The notes under the pieces were generated by a model. It worked only from the letters and a program-made list of their open reading frames with translations, was not told where the DNA came from and searched no databases. Made by a program: the position numbers and the translations under genes. From Sminthopsis crassicaudata (taxonomy: Eukaryota), in assembly GCF_048593235.1 (NCBI RefSeq), contig NC_133619.1, positions 651,722,558 through 651,786,557 on the forward strand: 64,000 nucleotides of DNA, read 5' to 3'. Below, piece after piece: positions 1 to 10,479 of the stretch. Numbering within the stretch: the stretch's first letter is position 1; every line of letters starts with the position of its first letter.

Positions 1-1390
1 CTCCTGGCTCTCCCAGCCCCTCCCCCAGACCCCCTCCTGGCTCTCCCGGCCCCTCCCCCAGACCCCTTCCTGGCTCTCCCGGCCCCTCCCCCGGACCCCC
101 TCCTGGCTCTCCCAGCCCCTCCCCCAGACCCCCTCCTGGCTCTCCCAGCCCCTCCCCCGGACCCCCCCCTGGCTCTCCCAGCCCCTCCCCCAGACCCCCT
201 CCTGGCTCAGCCCCTCCCCCGGACCCCCTCCTGGCTCTCCCGGCCCCTCCCCCGGATCCCCTCCTGGCTCTCCCAGCCCCTCCCCCGGACCCCCTCCTGG
301 CTCTCCCGGCCCCTCCCCCAGACCCCCTCCTGGCTCAGCCCCTCCCCCGGACCCCCTCCTGGCTCAGCCCCTCCCCCGGACCCCCTCCTGGCTCTCCCAG
401 CACCCCCCCCAGACCCCCTCCTGGCTCTCCCAGCCCCTCCCCCAGACCCCTTCCTGGCTCTCCCGGCCCCTCCCCCGGACCCCCCCCTGGCTCTCCCAGC
501 CCCTCCCCCAGACCCCCTCCTGGCTCAGCCCCTCCCCCGGACCCCCTCCTGGCTCTCCCGGCCCCTCCCCCGGATCCCCTCCTGGCTCTCCCAGCCCCTC
601 CCCCGGACCCCCTCCTGGCTCTCCCGGCCCCTCCCCCAGACCCCCTCCTGGCTCAGCCCCTCCCCCGGACCCCCTCCTGGCTCAGCCCCTCCCCCGGACC
701 CCCTCCTGGCTCTCCCGGCCCCTCCCCCAGGCCCCTTCCTGGGTCTCCCAGCCCCTCTCCCGGACCCCCTCCTGGCTCTCCCAGCCCCTCCCCCGGATCC
801 CCTCCTGGCTCTCCCAGCCCCTCCCCCGGACCCCCTCCTGGCTTTCCCGGCCCCTCCCCCAGGCCCCCTCCTGGGTCTCCCAGCCCCTCCCCCGGACCCC
901 CTCCTGGCTCTCCCGGCCCCTCCCCCGGACCCCCTCCTGGCTCAGCCCCTCCCCCGGACCCCCTCCTGGCTCTCCCAGCCCCTCCCCCAGACCCCCTCCT
1001 GGCTCTCCCAGCCCCTCCCCCAGACCCCCTCCTGGCTCTCCCAGCCCCTCCCCCGGACCCCCTCCTGGCTCTCCCAGCCCCTCCCCCAGACCCCCCCCTG
1101 GCTCTCCCAGCCCCTCCCCCGGACCCCCCCCTGGCTCTCCCAGCCCCTCCCCCAGACCCCCTCCTGGCTCTCCCAGCCCCTCCCCCGGACCCCCCCCTGG
1201 CTCTCCCAGCCCCTCCCCCGGACCCCCCCCTGGCTCTCCCAGCCCCTCCCCCAGACCCCCTCCTGGTTCTCCCAGCCCCTCCCCCAGACCCCCTCCTGGC
1301 CCTCCCAGACCCCCTCCTGGCTCTCCCAGCCCCTCCCCCAGACCCCCTCCTGGCTCTCCCAGCCCCTCCCCCAGGCCCCCTCCTAGCCCC
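1..1390. repeat. Minisatellite (VNTR), ~33-bp unit ctcctggctctcccagcccctcccccagacccc with a shorter ~28-bp variant, in GYS1 intron 3
   Basis: Unit repeats continuously from base 1 to ~1390. The minus-strand translation gives an 11-aa periodic repeat (GGGLGEGLGEP), confirming 33-bp periodicity. Confidence 0.97.
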
Positions 1391-1449
1391 CCCCCCCCCA
1401 GTCGTTCCCGGTGGGGGGCGGGCCAGCAGCAGCCTCCGTGTCTCCGCAG

Positions 1450-4197
1450 TTCTGGGCCCAGAGCGAGGAGAAGCCCTTCATCGTGGGCCACTTCCACGAG
1501 TGGCTGGCCGGGGTGGGCCTGTGCCTGTGCAGGGCCCGCAAGCTGCCCGTGGCCACCATCTTCACCACGCACGCCACGCTGCTGGGCCGCTACCTGTGCG
1601 CCGGGGCCGTGGACTTCTACAACAACCTGGAGAACGTGAGGCGCCCCCAGGGGAGCCCGGGGCCGGGAGGGTCCGCCGCCGGGTCCCCCCTGACTCGCCC
1701 CCTCCCCCCAGTTCAACGTGGACAAGGAGGCGGGGGAGCGGCAGATCTACCACCGCTACTGCATGGAGAGGGCGGCCGCGCACTGCGCCCACGTCTTCAC
1801 CACCGTGTCCCAGATCACGGCCATCGAGGCTCAGCACCTGCTGAAGAGGAAGCCAGGTGAGGGGGTCCCGGAGCCCGCCCGGACGTGGCCTGGGGGCCGG
1901 CTCGCTCTGCTGCTCCTCCTGCGCGCCCCAGAATCCCCCGCGGCGCTCCCGTGGGACGGGGGGGGGGGGGGGGGGCAGGGTCCCGGGGACTCAGCCACGG
2001 CCGCCTCCCCTCACCGCAGACATCGTGACCCCCAACGGGCTCAACGTGAAGAAGTTCTCGGCCATGCACGAGTTCCAGAACCTGCACGCCCAGAGCAAGG
2101 CTCGGATCCAGGAGTTCGTGCGGGGACACTTCTACGGGTGAGGACCCCGAGGGGCGGCCGGGGAAGGGGGTCTGGGGCGGGCCCCTAAGGGGTGACCGCG
2201 GACGTCTCCCCGCCAGCCACCTGGACTTCAACCTGGACAAGACGCTGTACTTCTTCATCGCCGGCCGCTACGAGTTCTCCAACAAGGGCGCCGACGTCTT
2301 CCTGGAGGCCCTGGCCCGCCTCAACTACCTGCTCAGGGTAGGCGTCTGGGCGGGGGCGGGGGGCCGCCCGGGGGCGCCGAGCTCTGACCCCCGCCCCCCT
2401 CACAGGTGAACGGCAGCGAGCAGACGGTGGTGGCCTTCTTCATCATGCCGGCGCGGACCAACAACTTCAACGTGGAGACCCTCAAGGGCCAGGCCGTGCG
2501 GAAGCAGCTGTGGTCAGCCCTGCCCCCGCCCCCCCCCCCCAGCCCTCAGCCCGGGCCCCCCCCACTGAAGCCCCCCTCTTCCCCGCAGGGACACGGCCAA
2601 CACGGTGAAGGAGAAGTTCGGGAGGAAGCTCTACGAGTCTCTCCTGGTGTGAGTGACGGGCTGGGGGTTGGGGGGGGCTGCGCCCCGGCCCCGCCGGCGC
2701 TCCCTGACCTCTGCCCCTGCCCCCCTCAGCGGCAGCCTCCCGGACATGAACAAGATGATGGACAAGGAGGACTTCACCATAATGAAGAGGGCCATCTTTG
2801 CCACGCAGGTACGGCTGCCGGCGGGGGCGGGAGGGGGGCGGGGGGGTTGTCCGTCGGCCGACCGGCCCCCGCTCTTCCCCTCAGCGGCAGTCCTTCCCCC
2901 CCGTGTGCACCCACAACATGCTGGACGACTCCTCGGACCCCATCCTCACCACCATCCGCCGGATCGGCCTCTTCAACAGCAGCGCCGACCGCGTCAAGGT
3001 GACTTAGGCAGCCCCCGCCCCCGCGCAGACCTGCAGGGGCCCCTGGGAGCCTGGGCCGCAGAACGAGCAGCTGTTATCTCCCCCTGCCCAGGTGATCTTC
3101 CACCCCGAGTTCCTCTCCTCCACCAGCCCCTTGCTCCCCGTGGACTATGAAGAGTTCGTCCGGGGCTGCCACCTGGGAGTCTTCCCCTCCTACTACGAGC
3201 CCTGGGGCTACACGCCTGGTGAGGCCTGGGGGGGCCTGGGGAGTGGGGGGGGCCTGGGGCCAGGGGCGGGGTCTAATTGGCCCCCTCCCCCCAGCGGAGT
3301 GCACGGTCATGGGCATCCCCAGCATATCCACCAACCTCTCGGGCTTCGGCTGCTTCATGGAGGAGCACATCGCGGACCCTTCGGCCTACGGTGGGTACCC
3401 GAGAGGGCTGGGGACACGGGGCCCCCCCCCCCACTCCTGGCTGAGCCCCCCTGCCCGCCCGCAGGCATCTACATCCTGGACCGGCGCTTCCGGAGCCTGG
3501 ACGACTCGTGCACGCAGCTGACCTCCTTCCTGTACAGCTTCTGCCAGCAGAGCCGGAGGCAGCGCATCGTGCAGCGGAACCGCACCGAGCGCCTCTCGGA
3601 TCTGCTGGACTGGAAGTACCTGGGCCGGGTAGGACGCGGACCCCAGCCCCCGGGGGTGGAGCACGCCCCTCTCCCTTACGCCCCTAACCCCCCCTCTCCG
3701 CCCCCAGTATTACATGTTCGCCCGCCACATGGCCTTGGCCAGGGCCTTCCCGGACCACTTCACCTACGAGCCCCACGACGCCGATGCTGTGAGTGATGGG
3801 CTGGAGTGGGGGGGACAGATGCAAAGGGGGGAGGACTGGGCCTGGCGCACCTTTCCCTACACCCTTACTCCCCCAGACCCAGGGCTTCCGGTACCCCCGG
3901 CCGGCCTCCGTGCCTCCGTCCCCTTCGCTGTCCCGCCACTCCAGCCCCCACCAGAGCGAAGGGGAGGAAGAAGAAGGGGAGGAGAACGGCCCCCAGAGGT
4001 TGGACTTCGAGGACGGCGAGCGCTACAACGAGGATGAGGAGGCCGAGAAGGACCGAAGGAACATCCGCGCTCCCGACTGGTCCCGGCGGGCCTCGGCTGC
4101 CAAGCGGGGCTCTGTGGATACGGCCCCCTCCAGTTCTCCCAGCACTCCCAGCGAGCCCCTCAGCCCCGCCAGCTCCCTGGGCGAGGAACGCAACTGA
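1450..4197 (+). CDS. GYS1: Glycogen synthase 1 (muscle), exons 4-16; exons 1-3 lie upstream of the window
   Basis: Exons 1450-1635, 1712-1856, 2020-2137, 2217-2337, 2406-2512, 2589-2648, 2730-2808, 2885-2998, 3092-3218, 3295-3390, 3465-3628, 3708-3788, 3877-4197, all AG/GT bounded and in frame. Motifs [62 protein letters not shown]; ends SLGEERN*. Confidence 0.99.
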
Positions 4198-4595
4198 GGC
4201 GGCTCCCGGCCTCCCGGCCCTCTCCTTGGGCCTTCTAGAGCCTTCCTCCCCAGGGAATCCTGGGATATTGCTTTGATGGAGGATCCCCTAGACCTCCCAC
4301 CTTTTGGCCAGTCTGCCCTAATAAGCTCCAGGGGCTTCTTAGGACCCTGGTGTTCTAAAGGCGGCCTGGCTAGCTTAGCCAGCCCAGAGGTACCCAGGGA
4401 GCCTAGGGTGGGACCTACTACCCTCCCTGGTGACCGCCCTGGCTTGGGGCAGCCCCACCCACATGCACTCCCACCCCTATCTTCCAGTGCCTCCCATCTG
4501 CCTCCACTCCCCCTAGTGTTCTCAGCTCCCACCTGCTGGTGGGCAGGGGCCACTTCTCCGTCCAGGAGTGAAAGAAGGCTTATATATATTTAAAG

Positions 4596-4601
4596 AATAA
4601 A
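4596..4601 (+). terminator. GYS1 polyadenylation signal AATAAA
   Basis: aataaa ~400 nt after the stop codon, in an AT-rich patch. Confidence 0.8.
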
Positions 4602-4797
4602 AGATTTTCACCAGGGCCACCCTCCACACTCCTTCCAGGGCCTCGTTTTGCACCCAGGCTGGGGCCCGGAAGACCCAACATTGAGGGGCACTTTGGCTCC
4701 CTCCCAACCCACAGCCTCACAGCCAAGCTGCCCTTGAGTTTAACCATGTCCAGCGCACCCCCAAAGAACCACAGAGTCTGGGGCTGTGCTAGTGAGC

Positions 4798-4803
4798 TTT
4801 ATT
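4798..4803 (-). terminator. FTL polyadenylation signal AATAAA
   Basis: tttatt on the + strand, ~53 nt beyond the FTL stop. Confidence 0.85.
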
Positions 4804-4855
4804 GGGTGTGCCCTCTCCCTGGGGGGAGGGTTCCTCGCTTTGGCCGCAGCCCCTC

Positions 4856-5873
4856 CTAGTCCTGCTTCAGGCTCAGCCTCTCGAAGAGGTACTCGCCCAG
4901 CCCGGCCTGGGGGTCGGCCTGCACGTGGCGCAGGGTGGTCAGATGGTTGCCCAGGCGCTTCATCAGCTTCACCTCCTCGCCCAGGTAGTGGCTCTCCAGG
5001 AAGTCGCAGAGCTGGGGAAGGGACAGAAGCTAATGAGGGCTTCCGAGAAGGGAAGGGGGGTGCCCTGTGCCCCTTCTCTAGGCTACTTACCTGGGGGTCC
5101 CCTTGGCTCGAGCCCAGGGCGTGAAGCTTCAGGAGGGCCTGGTTCAGACCCTTCTCCAGGTTCAGGGCAGCCTCCATAGCCTCCAAACTGCGGCCCCACT
5201 CATCTTGGGCAGGTTTCTGGGAAGGAAGAAAAGGAAATGCCAAAGAACTTCGTTTCCCAGAAGCCATGGGGACAGGGTTTATCTCCGCAAAGGCCTCTGG
5301 GAAATGTAGTGCGCGGACCACCTGTTACCTACCTGCACAGCCTGCAGGAGGACCCGGCCCCCGCGCTGGTTCTGGAACTTCATGAGGAGCTCGGCGCCCT
5401 CGCGCTTGTCCTTCGACAACTCCAGGAAGAAATGGGACACTCTCTGCAGGGCGACATCGTCCCGGTCGAAATAGAAACCCTGGGGAAAGCAGCGGGGAGG
5501 GAGGGCAATTACTCGCGCTGAAAAAGCGGCCCGGCAGGCGCGAGCCCCACGCATGCGCACCGACCTCGCCGCCCCCGCGCGCTTCCTTTCTAGTTAAACA
5601 AGAACAAAGGGCGCGCGGCAGAGGAAAGAAGCTTCTCCGGGAGCGAGGGGCGCGCGCGGGGGACTGGACATGCGCAGTCCCCGCGGGTGCAGGGAACACC
5701 AGGGGTGGCCCGAAGGGGGACGGGCCGCGGGGGCGGGGGACTCCGGGGAGGGGAGGCGGCCCGAGCCTCACCAGGGACAGGTAGGAGTAGGAAGCCTGCA
5801 GGTAGAGGTTGGCTAGCCGGTTGAGCGCGGCCTCGGCCTCGGAGGAGAAGCTTTGGCGGATCTTGGAGCTCAT
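4856..5873 (-). CDS. FTL: Ferritin light chain, 4 exons, 176 aa
   Basis: Exons 5873-5772, 5479-5333, 5216-5091, 5011-4856 (531 nt). MSSKIRQSF...[24 protein letters not shown]...KREG...LCDFLESH...[16 protein letters not shown]-type Tyr/Lys/Gly at the H-chain ferroxidase positions. IRE upstream; lies between GYS1 and BAX. Confidence 0.98.
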
Positions 5874-5974
5874 GGCACCGCTGGCGAAGGGAGAAGGCGG
5901 CTGGTCCGGGAGGCTGCTGATCGCGGGGCGGACGGGCTTCAGGAAAGCGAGGGCAGATGGGGGACCCCGGATCC

Positions 5975-6004
5975 GTTCCGTCCAAACACTGTTGAAGCAG
6001 GAAC
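5975..6004 (-). promoter_or_regulatory. Iron-responsive element (IRE) in the FTL 5' UTR
   Basis: Sense GTTCC-TGC-TTCAA-CAGTGT-TTGGA-C-GGAAC: CAGUGU loop, 5-bp upper stem, ferritin-type UGC/C internal loop, GTTCC/GGAAC lower stem. Confidence 0.97.
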
Positions 6005-6048
6005 GAGAGCCGGGAGAAGCGCTGCAAGGCAGCTGCCCGGGACCACGT

Positions 6049-6137
6049 TCTTATAGCTTCCAGAGTGGGGGCGGGACCGAAGGGCCCAGATCCAATCCCG
6101 CGGCGCAGAACGAGAGCCCGGGGAACCGGCCGCCAAT
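6049..6137 (-). promoter_or_regulatory. FTL core promoter (TATA-like TATAAGA and CCAAT box)
   Basis: TATAAGA on the minus strand at 6055-6049, ~45 nt upstream of the IRE; ccaat at 6133-6137; GC boxes nearby. Confidence 0.7.
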
Positions 6138-6499
6138 GGGAGAGCAGGGCGACAAGAGGCGGGAAAGGGGGGGAGGGGAACTGCTAGCGTGCGGGGTGGA
6201 GGGTGGGGGTCACGTGTGGGGCCAGGGCGAGTTCAAAAGTCGGGGCGGGGCGGCTGAGTGTGGGGGCCCCAGGCTGAGCACTCCGGGAGGGCCCCACTCC
6301 AGGTCCTCATCTGACCCCTGCTGAGACGCAGACCCCGAGAAGGGTCAGGACCTGCCCTAGACCACACAGGGGGATTCAGAAGCTACACTTGAACCCAGGT
6401 CCTAGGGCTCCTTCCCAGTGAGATCCGCGTAGGCCTGGACCGCGGGGCGCCAGGGAGCAGGGATGGGGGGGGCTCAGAGCTGGGAATTGAGGGGGTGCA

Positions 6500-6550
6500 G
6501 GCTGAGTCATGCTGAGGTCAGGGAGAGGGGATGGTGCTGAGTCATGCTGA
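6500..6550. promoter_or_regulatory. Two tandem antioxidant-response/MARE elements upstream of FTL
   Basis: gctgagtcatgctga at 6501-6515 and tgctgagtcatgctga at 6535-6550. The reverse complement contains ATGACTCAGC(A), the NRF2/BACH1-sMAF consensus. Confidence 0.85.
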
Positions 6551-7464
6551 GCGGCTTGGGGGGGGGTCATGGGCCACTAAGAACTTCCTCTTCTGTTGGG
6601 GGAAGGAGGCGCGGCTGGGGCACACTCCGCAGCTGATGTTCGATCCAGAGGGTCTCCCGCTGCCGGGGAAACCAGGGAAAGCCCGAAGCTGCCAGCCGCA
6701 ACCCCCCCATGTCCCCCGGGACCTTCCTTTGGCCAATGGCGGGGGATTGTGTTAGACCCTGAGACCCCCCCCAAGCAGCCCCTCCTTCTTGCCGGGGTCC
6801 TTCCACACACAGGTGTGTTAGTGTGGGTTGTCTTCCTCCTGCCCCCCCCACCCCTCAGGCTTTTTCCGTGGTCCCAGGCCCTGGCCCGAGCTGGGTGTCT
6901 GTGGGTTGGCTGGTAGAGCCCCCCAAAGCGGGGCCACAACCCTGGGGGGCAGGGAGGGCTCTGATCTGGCCTCCCGCTGGGCCCTGCCAGTGGCTCTCAG
7001 CTCCAGCTCCCAGGTTTCCTAGGTAGGTTTGCTTCCTCTGACTCAAGCCTGGGGGGAGGGGGGGAAGTCAGTTGGGGCTGCTGAAAATGGGCCAGAAGCA
7101 GAGGGGAACAGAACAGCTTCGGCCTTGGGGTTCAGGATTGTCCATTTACCAGCCACCCCCCCCCCCACTCAGCCCCAGCAGAGACCTTCCTGCCTGGCCT
7201 TTGCCCGGAGCCAGGCCCCACCTTCCTACCCCAGCCTCCCTGGAGCCAGGAGCCAACCGGGAAGTTAACTGGGCTGGGCCCAGATGCAGGAAGCTCCCTG
7301 CCTCACCCTCCCCCTTTTACAGAAGAGGAAACTGAGTGAACTCCCTCCAGGCAGCCTGGGAGCCTTGGCTGATGGGACTTCGAGGCGGGGGCATGGGCAG
7401 GGGCTCGGGACCCCGATCCTCAGTAACTCAGGCATGGGCAGTGGGGCCTGCTCCAAAGTTGATG

Positions 7465-7470
7465 TTTATT
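7465..7470 (-). terminator. BAX polyadenylation signal AATAAA
   Basis: tttatt ~220 nt beyond the BAX stop. Confidence 0.75.
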
Positions 7471-7688
7471 GGCCAAGGATACCAGTCATCCCAGCGGCCC
7501 TCAGCCAGCAGCCCGAGAACTTCCGGCTTTGGGACACGGCCAGAGGTGCAGGGAGACTCCCCAAATAATTACAAAAGTAAGAAGAAAGTGTTCCCCCCAA
7601 TATCGGAAAACCCATAATTTATCCTAAAAACAGACAGTCCAAGCAGAGCTGGCACGAGGGTGGGGGCAGCCAGGCCCCCCAGCCCTCC

Positions 7689-9235
7689 CTAGGACATCTT
7701 CCAGATGGTAAGCGAAGCTGTGAGGATGCCAGCTACGAAGATGGTCACTGTCTGCCAGGTTGGTGTCCCAAAGTAAGAGAGGAGGCCATCCTGGGGGAAG
7801 AGGCCAGGCGTCAGCAGGAAGTTAGGAAGGCTGGAGTGGCAAGGGGGTGAGGGAGGGGCTGGGAAGAAGGGGGGGATCATTGTACATTTGGGGGGGGTAT
7901 GGTGCTCACCCAGCCACCCTGCTCCTGGATCCAGGTGAGCAGCCGTTCTCTCAGGAAGTCAAGGGTCCAGCCCATGATGGTTCGGATCAGCTCTGGCACC
8001 TTGGTGCAAAGTGCCTGGGGGCGGGGGAGGAAAGGAGGTCCGGAGTGCAGCCCTCTGGGGACCCCCGGCGGCAGGGAAGGCCCAGACCCCCCCTAACTCT
8101 GGCAGCAGAGCGAGGCCTCCAGCGGCCGGGAAGATGCAGCTCCTCTGCCCCAGCAGGCAGCCAAGGGCCAGCATCTCTCTCCTCGAAAAGAGCGCCCCCC
8201 CTGGCAAGGAGCCCCTCTCTCCCGACGGTAAAGAAGGTCCAGCCCCACTTCAAAGAGCCGCCCCCCCAACTCCTGCAGCAGGGTCCAGTACGCCCCCCAG
8301 CGGCAGGGAAGATCCAGCTTCCCTGCCGCAGCATCTCCCCCCTTTTCCTCCCTCCCCCCAGTCTCGGCAAGGAGCCCCTCTGTCCAGCCCCCTCTCGGAG
8401 ACCCCGGCGGCCCGGGGATGCCCCTAGGAAGGCCCGGCCCTTGGCCCCGCCCCCGCCCCCTACCTTAAGCACCAGCTTGCTGGCGAAGTAGAAGAGAGCC
8501 ACGACCCGGCCCCAGTTGAAGTTGCCGTCGGAGAACATCTCGGCCGCCACTCGGAAGAAGACCTCTCGGGGGGAGTCCGTCTCCACCGCGGCGATCATCC
8601 TGCAGGGGAGGGAGCCATTGAGGGGGGCCTGGGGCCGGCGGGCAGCGGGCGGCGGCCGGACGGGGCAGGGCAGCGGCTACCTCTGCAGCTCCATGTTGCT
8701 GTCCAGCTCGTCCCCGATCCTGCGCAGGCACTCGGTCAGCCGCTTGGTCCGGGGGTCCGAGGGCAGCGGCGTCGAGTCCCCCATGGATTCCAAGACCAGT
8801 TCGGGGGCGCCCCCCGCCACCCGGCCCGCGCGGTCCTGGATGAACCTGAAGGGAGAGTGGGGGGCTCAGCGCGGCTCCTGCCCAGGAGCCCCCTCCCGGC
8901 GCCTGCGCCCGGGCCCCAGGCTCACCCCTGCAGCAGCACGGCCCCGGTCCTCATGATCTGCTCGCCGCTCGTGGCCGCTGGGGGAAGCAAAACACGGGGG
9001 GTCGGCGGCCTGGGGCGCCAGTCCGTCCCGGGGTCCCCCGCCCCTCCCGCCCAGCCCGGCCCCCCGAGCGTCGGCAAGTCCGGGCAGGCCCGGCCGGATG
9101 GCCCGAGAGCGGCGCGCCGGAGCCCAGCCCGGCGCGCCTCCGCGCCCCCGACGCCGGCCCGGCCCGGCCGCGCCCGGCCGCGCTCCCCGTACCCGGATCG
9201 CCCCCGGCCCGCGGCTGCTCCCCGGAGCAGTCCAT
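7689..9235 (-). CDS. BAX: Apoptosis regulator BAX, 6 exons, 200 aa
   Basis: Exons 9235-9193, 8977-8926, 8845-8681, 8599-8464, 8014-7910, 7790-7689 (603 nt). BH3 LTECLRRIGDELD, BH1 FSDGNFNWGRVVALFYF, BH2 WIQEQGGW, C-terminal TM helix TWQTVTIFVAGILTASLTIWKMS*. Confidence 0.99.
9072..9091 (-). promoter_or_regulatory. p53 response element in BAX intron 1
   Basis: Sense GGGCCTGCCC-GGACTTGCCG: two abutting RRRCWWGYYY-like half-sites ~100 nt into intron 1, resembling the human intronic element as I recall it (GGGCAGGCCC-GGGCTTGTCG). Confidence 0.75.
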
Positions 9236-9299
9236 CGCTGGGCCGCCGCCGCCACCGCCGCCTCCTCTGGCCGGGCGCGCCCCGGAGGTGGAGAAGAGC

Positions 9300-9420
9300 C
9301 CTTTACCCCGCCCCGCGCACCGCCCTGTCACATGACGCGCCGGTCCAGGCGCCGCTCCGCCCCCGTCACGTGAGGCGCCCGCCTGGGTAAGCAAACCTCG
9401 CACGTGTCTGCGGGAGCACC
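9300..9420 (-). promoter_or_regulatory. BAX proximal promoter in a CpG island with two CACGTG E-boxes
   Basis: cacgtg at 9367-9372 and 9401-9406, GC boxes, directly upstream of the ATG. Confidence 0.65.
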
Positions 9421-10479
9421 GCCTCCCCAAAGCTCCCGCGCATTCTTCTTAAAGGGGCCGAGTTTTGGTTCATTCCTCCGCCCCGCATCCCGGAGGCGGC
9501 CGGCCCGGCGCGTGTCCCCAGCCCAGCTCTGACCCCGCAGACCTCGCCGGGCAGCCGACCAGCGCCCTGGAAGTGCCTCTCGTAGCCCAGACGCTCTGCC
9601 TGCCCTCGGGGGCCTCCCATTGCCTGCCCATCTCCCTCCCGTCCACAACCGGGGCCTCCCTTCCACTGATTGTGCCCAATTTCTCCCGCATCTCCGGGAT
9701 ACGTAGTGGCCCCCCCCCCAACCCTAGGGCAGGTACTGTCTGGGACTCTTCTTTGTATCCTCAGGGCGCCACTCTAGGCGCACACCGAAGGCGCATAATA
9801 AATGAGAACCTGAGGAACCCCCCCCTCCCCTCTTGCTAAGAGGCGGAGCCTCCAGGAGACGTCAGCCTAAGCAGTGGTCCCGCCCCTCCGGAAGCCCCCA
9901 GCCCGCAGGCCTGGGGGCGGGGCCTCGCCGGGGCGGGCTAGGCTGACCTCCCGTTGGGCACCCGGTCTCCCCACAGCTCCAGTTACAAAGTAGCTTCTGG
10001 AGCGGGGTCCGCAATCCACCCAGAAACTGACCCGGCCGTCCGACGGGCGGCGGGACGGAGGGCGTGCTCCGGGCAGAAAGGTGACGTGCGATCCTGGGCC
10101 GGGAAGCAGACTGCAGCGCGCTGGAGGCTCGCTCGAAAGCCGGAGTGGGCCCAAGCGCACTCCAGAACAGGCCCTTCGTCCTAGAGAAGGGCCCGGACGA
10201 GCCGCGTCTCCGAACTGAGGGGAGGCGGCCAGAAACGTGCAACTCGCGCTAAATAATTACGCTAAGGAGATGGAAACTGAGAATGCGGGGTGAAAAACCC
10301 TCAGCTGAAGTCCAAATTGGAAATCCTGAAAACGAGAGATTAATGAAATTGAAAGTAAGAAAAACGTAACGCAAACCAAACTGAGCTGGTGGGGGAGGGG
10401 CACGGTAAAGTAGGCAAAGCATTAGATTCGTCAAAAGAAAAGACGAAAAACAAATGGGCAGTTTCAAAAAGGAAAACGA

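Noticed and set aside
682-1725. 347-aa Gly-rich ORF on the minus strand
   Set aside because: It is the translation of the 33-bp VNTR plus the antisense of GYS1 exon 4; there is no independent coding evidence.
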